A DNA stretch of 64,000 nt from Desulfatiglandales bacterium (GTDB taxonomy: Bacteria > Desulfobacterota > DSM-4660 > Desulfatiglandales > HGW-15). The stretch is taken from contig CAXXJJ010000001.1 of the NCBI GenBank assembly GCA_963667015.2, forward strand, positions 2,368,001-2,432,000. Reading direction: 5' to 3'. Below, in pieces: positions 60,746 to 64,000 of the stretch (the stretch's first letter is position 1; each line of letters starts with the position of its first letter). A program made the translations under genes and the position numbers. Below the pieces are notes generated by a model, which worked only from the letters and a program-made list of their open reading frames with translations, was not told where the DNA came from and searched no databases.

Positions 60746-61698
60746 AAAGAAAAATCCACCAGATTTTTACGGCTGATCGCATCCATGACCCTGAGATAAA
60801 CACTGGTGTATTTGTATTCCGCATGGCCCATATAAGCAGCAAGCACCGGAAGGGCATTCTGCGGAGATTGTCCTCGTTTTTTAACGTTCAGCAGGGTATT
60901 TACTGCGAAACTGTGTCTGAGGCTATGAGGTGTGGGCTGACTGAAGTTCACATTCCCTATGATTTTTCTTGGCTGGTCAAGCCCGATATCTTCTACGGCT
61001 TTATGGAATAAATTGCGTATACGATAGTCTCTTATGGCTTTGAGGCCTTTCCCTGCCAGTAGATATGGATTCTCATCATTGGGGCATGCATGCCTGCGCA
61101 CAGCAAGATAGTTTTCTATCTCCGATTTTACGTCCCCTGGTATGGGGATCAACCTCTGTTTCTTAAACTTGGTCTTTTTAATATACAGGGTAGCGTCATC
61201 CCTGTTGTAATGATGTCTCATAAGTTTCAGTGGTTCTGATATCCTCATACCGCATCGTGCCAATAAAAGAATAACAAGGTACTCCGCAAGGTCAGTCAGA
61301 AAATACTGATTCTTTTTTCTTAATCTGTTACATGCGGCATTTAGTAATTGATCGGTTTGTTCACAGGAGAAAACAAAAGGAATGATGCTGTTTTCCCTGA
61401 GAGAGGGAATGTCCCGAAGGGGGTTTTCAACCAGGAGCTCCTGTCGTAAGAGGTAATTAAAAAAGACCCTCACTGAGGAGATCACCCTGTTGACACCACG
61501 TGGCTCTAACTCCAGGCTGGATCTCATCTCAAGAAAGTAAAAAGATTGAAGAGAATGCCAGTCAGCGTTTGTCTCTTTTAAATATCGATCAAGGACCAGA
61601 AGATTAGCCTGGGATAATTTTATGCTGTATCCCAGGCCTTGACGATAAGTAAGATAATCATTTAGTTGCGGAGCAAGAAAACTTTCAAAGTTCTTCAT
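60724..61698 (-). CDS. Tyrosine recombinase (RitB-like)
   Basis: FESFLA, GMRISE, TKFKKQRLIP, HSLRHSF, LPVLAAYMGH, VY. Confidence 0.9.
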   Translation of the reverse strand: MKNFESFLAPQLNDYLTYRQGLGYSIKLSQANLLVLDRYLKETNADWHSLQSFYFLEMRSSLELEPRGVNRVISSVRVFFNYLLRQELLVENPLRDIPSLRENSIIPFVFSCEQTDQLLNAACNRLRKKNQYFLTDLAEYLVILLLARCGMRISEPLKLMRHHYNRDDATLYIKKTKFKKQRLIPIPGDVKSEIENYLAVRRHACPNDENPYLLAGKGLKAIRDYRIRNLFHKAVEDIGLDQPRKIIGNVNFSQPTPHSLRHSFAVNTLLNVKKRGQSPQNALPVLAAYMGHAEYKYTSVYLRVMDAISRKNLVDFSLWQKRKE

Positions 61699-62863
61699 TG
61701 AATATGACCTTTCTCATAAGCTCTGTACTGATATGAAGATATCTGTGGGTTGACTGTATGTTCTGGTGCCCCATCATTTCTTTTACCTCATAAATGGATC
61801 GGCCCATATGGAGAAGATTCTGTGCATAAGTGTGCCTGAGCCAGTAAGCAGATGAGGGGAGTCCGGCCTGTTTCATGGCCCTTGCTATAGATCCGACAAC
61901 GTTATTGGCTTTCATAGGATGAAAGGGAAAGTGATGATTAAGAAACAGATATTTTGATGAGCCCTTCGGTCTTCCTTTAGAGATATAAAGAGCAATAGCC
62001 TTAATGGTGTTTTCAGGTACAGGCAGGGTGATGACATCCCCTCCTTTTCTTTCCTGGAGGGTGAGTTTTCTCTGCTGGAAAAAGATATCATCTAACGTAA
62101 TCTTACTGATCTCCGCAGGCCTGAGACCCAGAGAGTAAGCCAGGTGTATCAGGGCATAGGTTCTCATTTGTGTGGGTGTGGAAAGCTCCAGGGAGGCAAA
62201 GAGTTCTTTTACCTGCTTTGGACGTAAAAACCTTGGCAGCCTTTTCTGGGCAAATTGAGGAGGGCCGACAAGAAACGGGGCTAAATCCCTTATGATAATC
62301 TTCTTTTCATGATAGAGGTGCTTTAAAAAACCTCTGAGGCAATAACGATAGAGCCTGCGGCTATAGTCCGACACCTTGAATGTTGCCATGAAGGCATCGC
62401 AATGTTCGATTTTAAGCTTTGAAAGGGAGATGTCATTTTTTTCCAGATACTCATGGAATGAGCTCAGAACCCTCCTGATCCGTTTGATGTGTGTAGGAGA
62501 ACTGTCAAGAGATTGAGAGTGATGAAGGAGGTATTCTTCATAAATATCCGGTAAAGGTGGCGCAGCATTTTTTTGATTCAGGGTATGATCGATAACTCCC
62601 CGGCTGAAAAGATAGTCTGATAACGACCTAAGTGCAGAATAGGCATTCTTATAACCGCTATATATTTGAAAGGCTTCTGCAGTACCATTAGTAAATATGT
62701 TTTCCCATATTATATCTTTATGGATTACATAGAAGAGAAAGTCGATCAGGATATGCTTGTAACGCTTATGGGATCTGCTCCCCTTTTCCTTCTCAATTGA
62801 TTTGACCCAATGCATATAATCCCGGATCGAGTCCATTAATCTCCGGCTGTCTTCAAGGATCAC
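61685..62863 (-). CDS. Tyrosine recombinase (RitA-like)
   Basis: LPRFL, GLRPAEI, RKG, YWLRHTYA, MGH, RY. Confidence 0.85.
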   Translation of the reverse strand: MILEDSRRLMDSIRDYMHWVKSIEKEKGSRSHKRYKHILIDFLFYVIHKDIIWENIFTNGTAEAFQIYSGYKNAYSALRSLSDYLFSRGVIDHTLNQKNAAPPLPDIYEEYLLHHSQSLDSSPTHIKRIRRVLSSFHEYLEKNDISLSKLKIEHCDAFMATFKVSDYSRRLYRYCLRGFLKHLYHEKKIIIRDLAPFLVGPPQFAQKRLPRFLRPKQVKELFASLELSTPTQMRTYALIHLAYSLGLRPAEISKITLDDIFFQQRKLTLQERKGGDVITLPVPENTIKAIALYISKGRPKGSSKYLFLNHHFPFHPMKANNVVGSIARAMKQAGLPSSAYWLRHTYAQNLLHMGRSIYEVKEMMGHQNIQSTHRYLHISTELMRKVIFNEEL

Positions 62864-63260
62864 TTTGAACCTCCAAAAGTGATTCCTGTATCAGCCCGCT
62901 GACTCTTGAATTACTCTGGCCTTTATGTAAAGTTTTTTCCCATAATGGTTTCGGAGGCAGGGAAAGTACCTGATAAAGTGTTCCGTCAAAGGCAATTAAA
63001 TCTTTCTTTAAGAGCCCATCCCGGGCTTCAATATACTCATCCATAGAAAGCCGGAGCAAAGAACAAATGGCATCATAGGAGTAGAAAGATAACCCATATC
63101 TATCTGCAGCAAGTATGAGGAAGGAGTATAACAGGATCTCTTCCTGTTCCATGTACGCAAGAAACTCATCAGTCAGAAGTCGGTGAGGTAAAAAACCGAA
63201 CCCTCCTTCAATATGTCTGATTCGATTCGGGTTGAGAATCTTTTTCTTTATCATAGTCAA
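62853..63260 (-). CDS. Mobile-element accessory protein (putative winged-helix)
   Basis: RIRHIEGGFGFLPHR, LLYSFL..AADRYGLSFYS, YQVLSLP; overlaps the first recombinase start. Confidence 0.65.
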   Translation of the reverse strand: MTMIKKKILNPNRIRHIEGGFGFLPHRLLTDEFLAYMEQEEILLYSFLILAADRYGLSFYSYDAICSLLRLSMDEYIEARDGLLKKDLIAFDGTLYQVLSLPPKPLWEKTLHKGQSNSRVSGLIQESLLEVQSDP

Positions 63261-63326
63261 CTCCTGAGTTTTTCAGGTAAATATACCTGCAAATCCAGGA
63301 AAGAGTCGATCACATCTTGAAAACAT

Positions 63327-63737
63327 TTAAGGGGGTAGTCGATCTATTTTCCTTGTCATAACAGTTAGTTGAGCTCGTAACACCTCTTGAAATCGTCTGA
63401 AGAGCAGTTGTCCGAAATACTCAACGATTATAAGATGTTGAATGCTTATCACCTCTTGAACTAACAAATGGGGTAGTCCGGATTTTAACCGGGTCTTTGA
63501 CTGGAGTGAGGAAGGGGTTCCGGACTGGCAGGCTGCATTGAGTTTCTTTTGAAGGTAATTGGCTCGAAAATAGTCGGAGTTCTTTCTGTTCCACTCTCTG
63601 CACTTCCTTCTATGCCATTCCTTCTTACATCCAGGGTCACCACAGGTCATTTGGCGGTCTTTCACTCTTGAGTTAGGCATAAACCAGCGCCTACAGATCC
63701 TGCAAGGCCGCTTCTTTAAAACATTCTCCTCATGCAT
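63327..63737 (-). CDS. Mobile-element accessory Cys-rich (zinc-binding) basic protein
   Basis: RPCRICRRWF...RQMTCGDPGC; AGGGAGG RBS before ATG 63737. Confidence 0.65.
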   Translation of the reverse strand: MHEENVLKKRPCRICRRWFMPNSRVKDRQMTCGDPGCKKEWHRRKCREWNRKNSDYFRANYLQKKLNAACQSGTPSSLQSKTRLKSGLPHLLVQEVISIQHLIIVEYFGQLLFRRFQEVLRAQLTVMTRKIDRLPP

Positions 63738-64000
63738 CGTTCCCTCCCTTGTTATCAAGGTGAAAAAACGACTTTAGATTAAAATGGACTGGTATGCATA
63801 GAGGGACGCTTTGTATTGGAAAGCTAAATGATGAGAAATTAGATGAATAAAATGGATACTTAATCTTTCTTTTGGAATTAAATGATGAATTATATGGAGG
63901 GAATTAAAACACACAACATAACCAATCTCACAACATAGCTTGCCAGGATCCATACTTTATATACAGTTGAGATATCACAAGAGTATCTGTAAAAAGAAAG

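Larger units (their letters stand above)
59521..63938 (-). mobile_element. Extended RIT (recombinase-in-trio) element, about 4.4 kb
   Basis: Ends TTATGTTGCGAG (59521-32) / CTCACAACATAG (63927-38); CTTGCC direct repeat at 59515-20 and 63939-44; three overlapping tyrosine recombinases. Confidence 0.8.

Noticed and set aside
59708..62863. Prophage or integron integrase
   Set aside because: No phage genes and no recognisable IntI insertion; the trio arrangement fits RIT

Overview
Chromosomal window from an anaerobic bacterium. Gene content and style suggest a Desulfobacterota/deltaproteobacterial organism (inference only). Left to right: (1) a catabolic cluster (MDH/LDH C-terminus, two old-yellow-enzyme flavin oxidoreductases, an acyl/aryl-CoA ligase, a four-subunit 2-oxoacid:ferredoxin oxidoreductase); (2) assorted singletons (GDSL esterase, TPR protein, VOC protein, pseudokinase-HDOD, Fe-S protein, hypBA); (3) a BlaI/BlaR1(M56) locus whose sensor domain is a close paralog of two downstream membrane-anchored proteins; (4) an ISNCY/IS5-like element and a MITE cluster with related ends; (5) a Tat-signal TldD (frameshifted) plus PmbA; (6) a cbiM/nik-type Ni/Co uptake cluster with a repeated leader hairpin motif; (7) UPF0182, Trp-attenuated DAHP synthase, pepT and hrpA; (8) a GntR-DUF1648 module; (9) a complete-looking 4.4-kb extended RIT element (three tyrosine recombinases plus two accessory genes) with terminal repeats and a 6-bp flanking direct repeat. 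I saw no rRNA, tRNA or CRISPR array. All calls are by eye from motifs; no searches were run.
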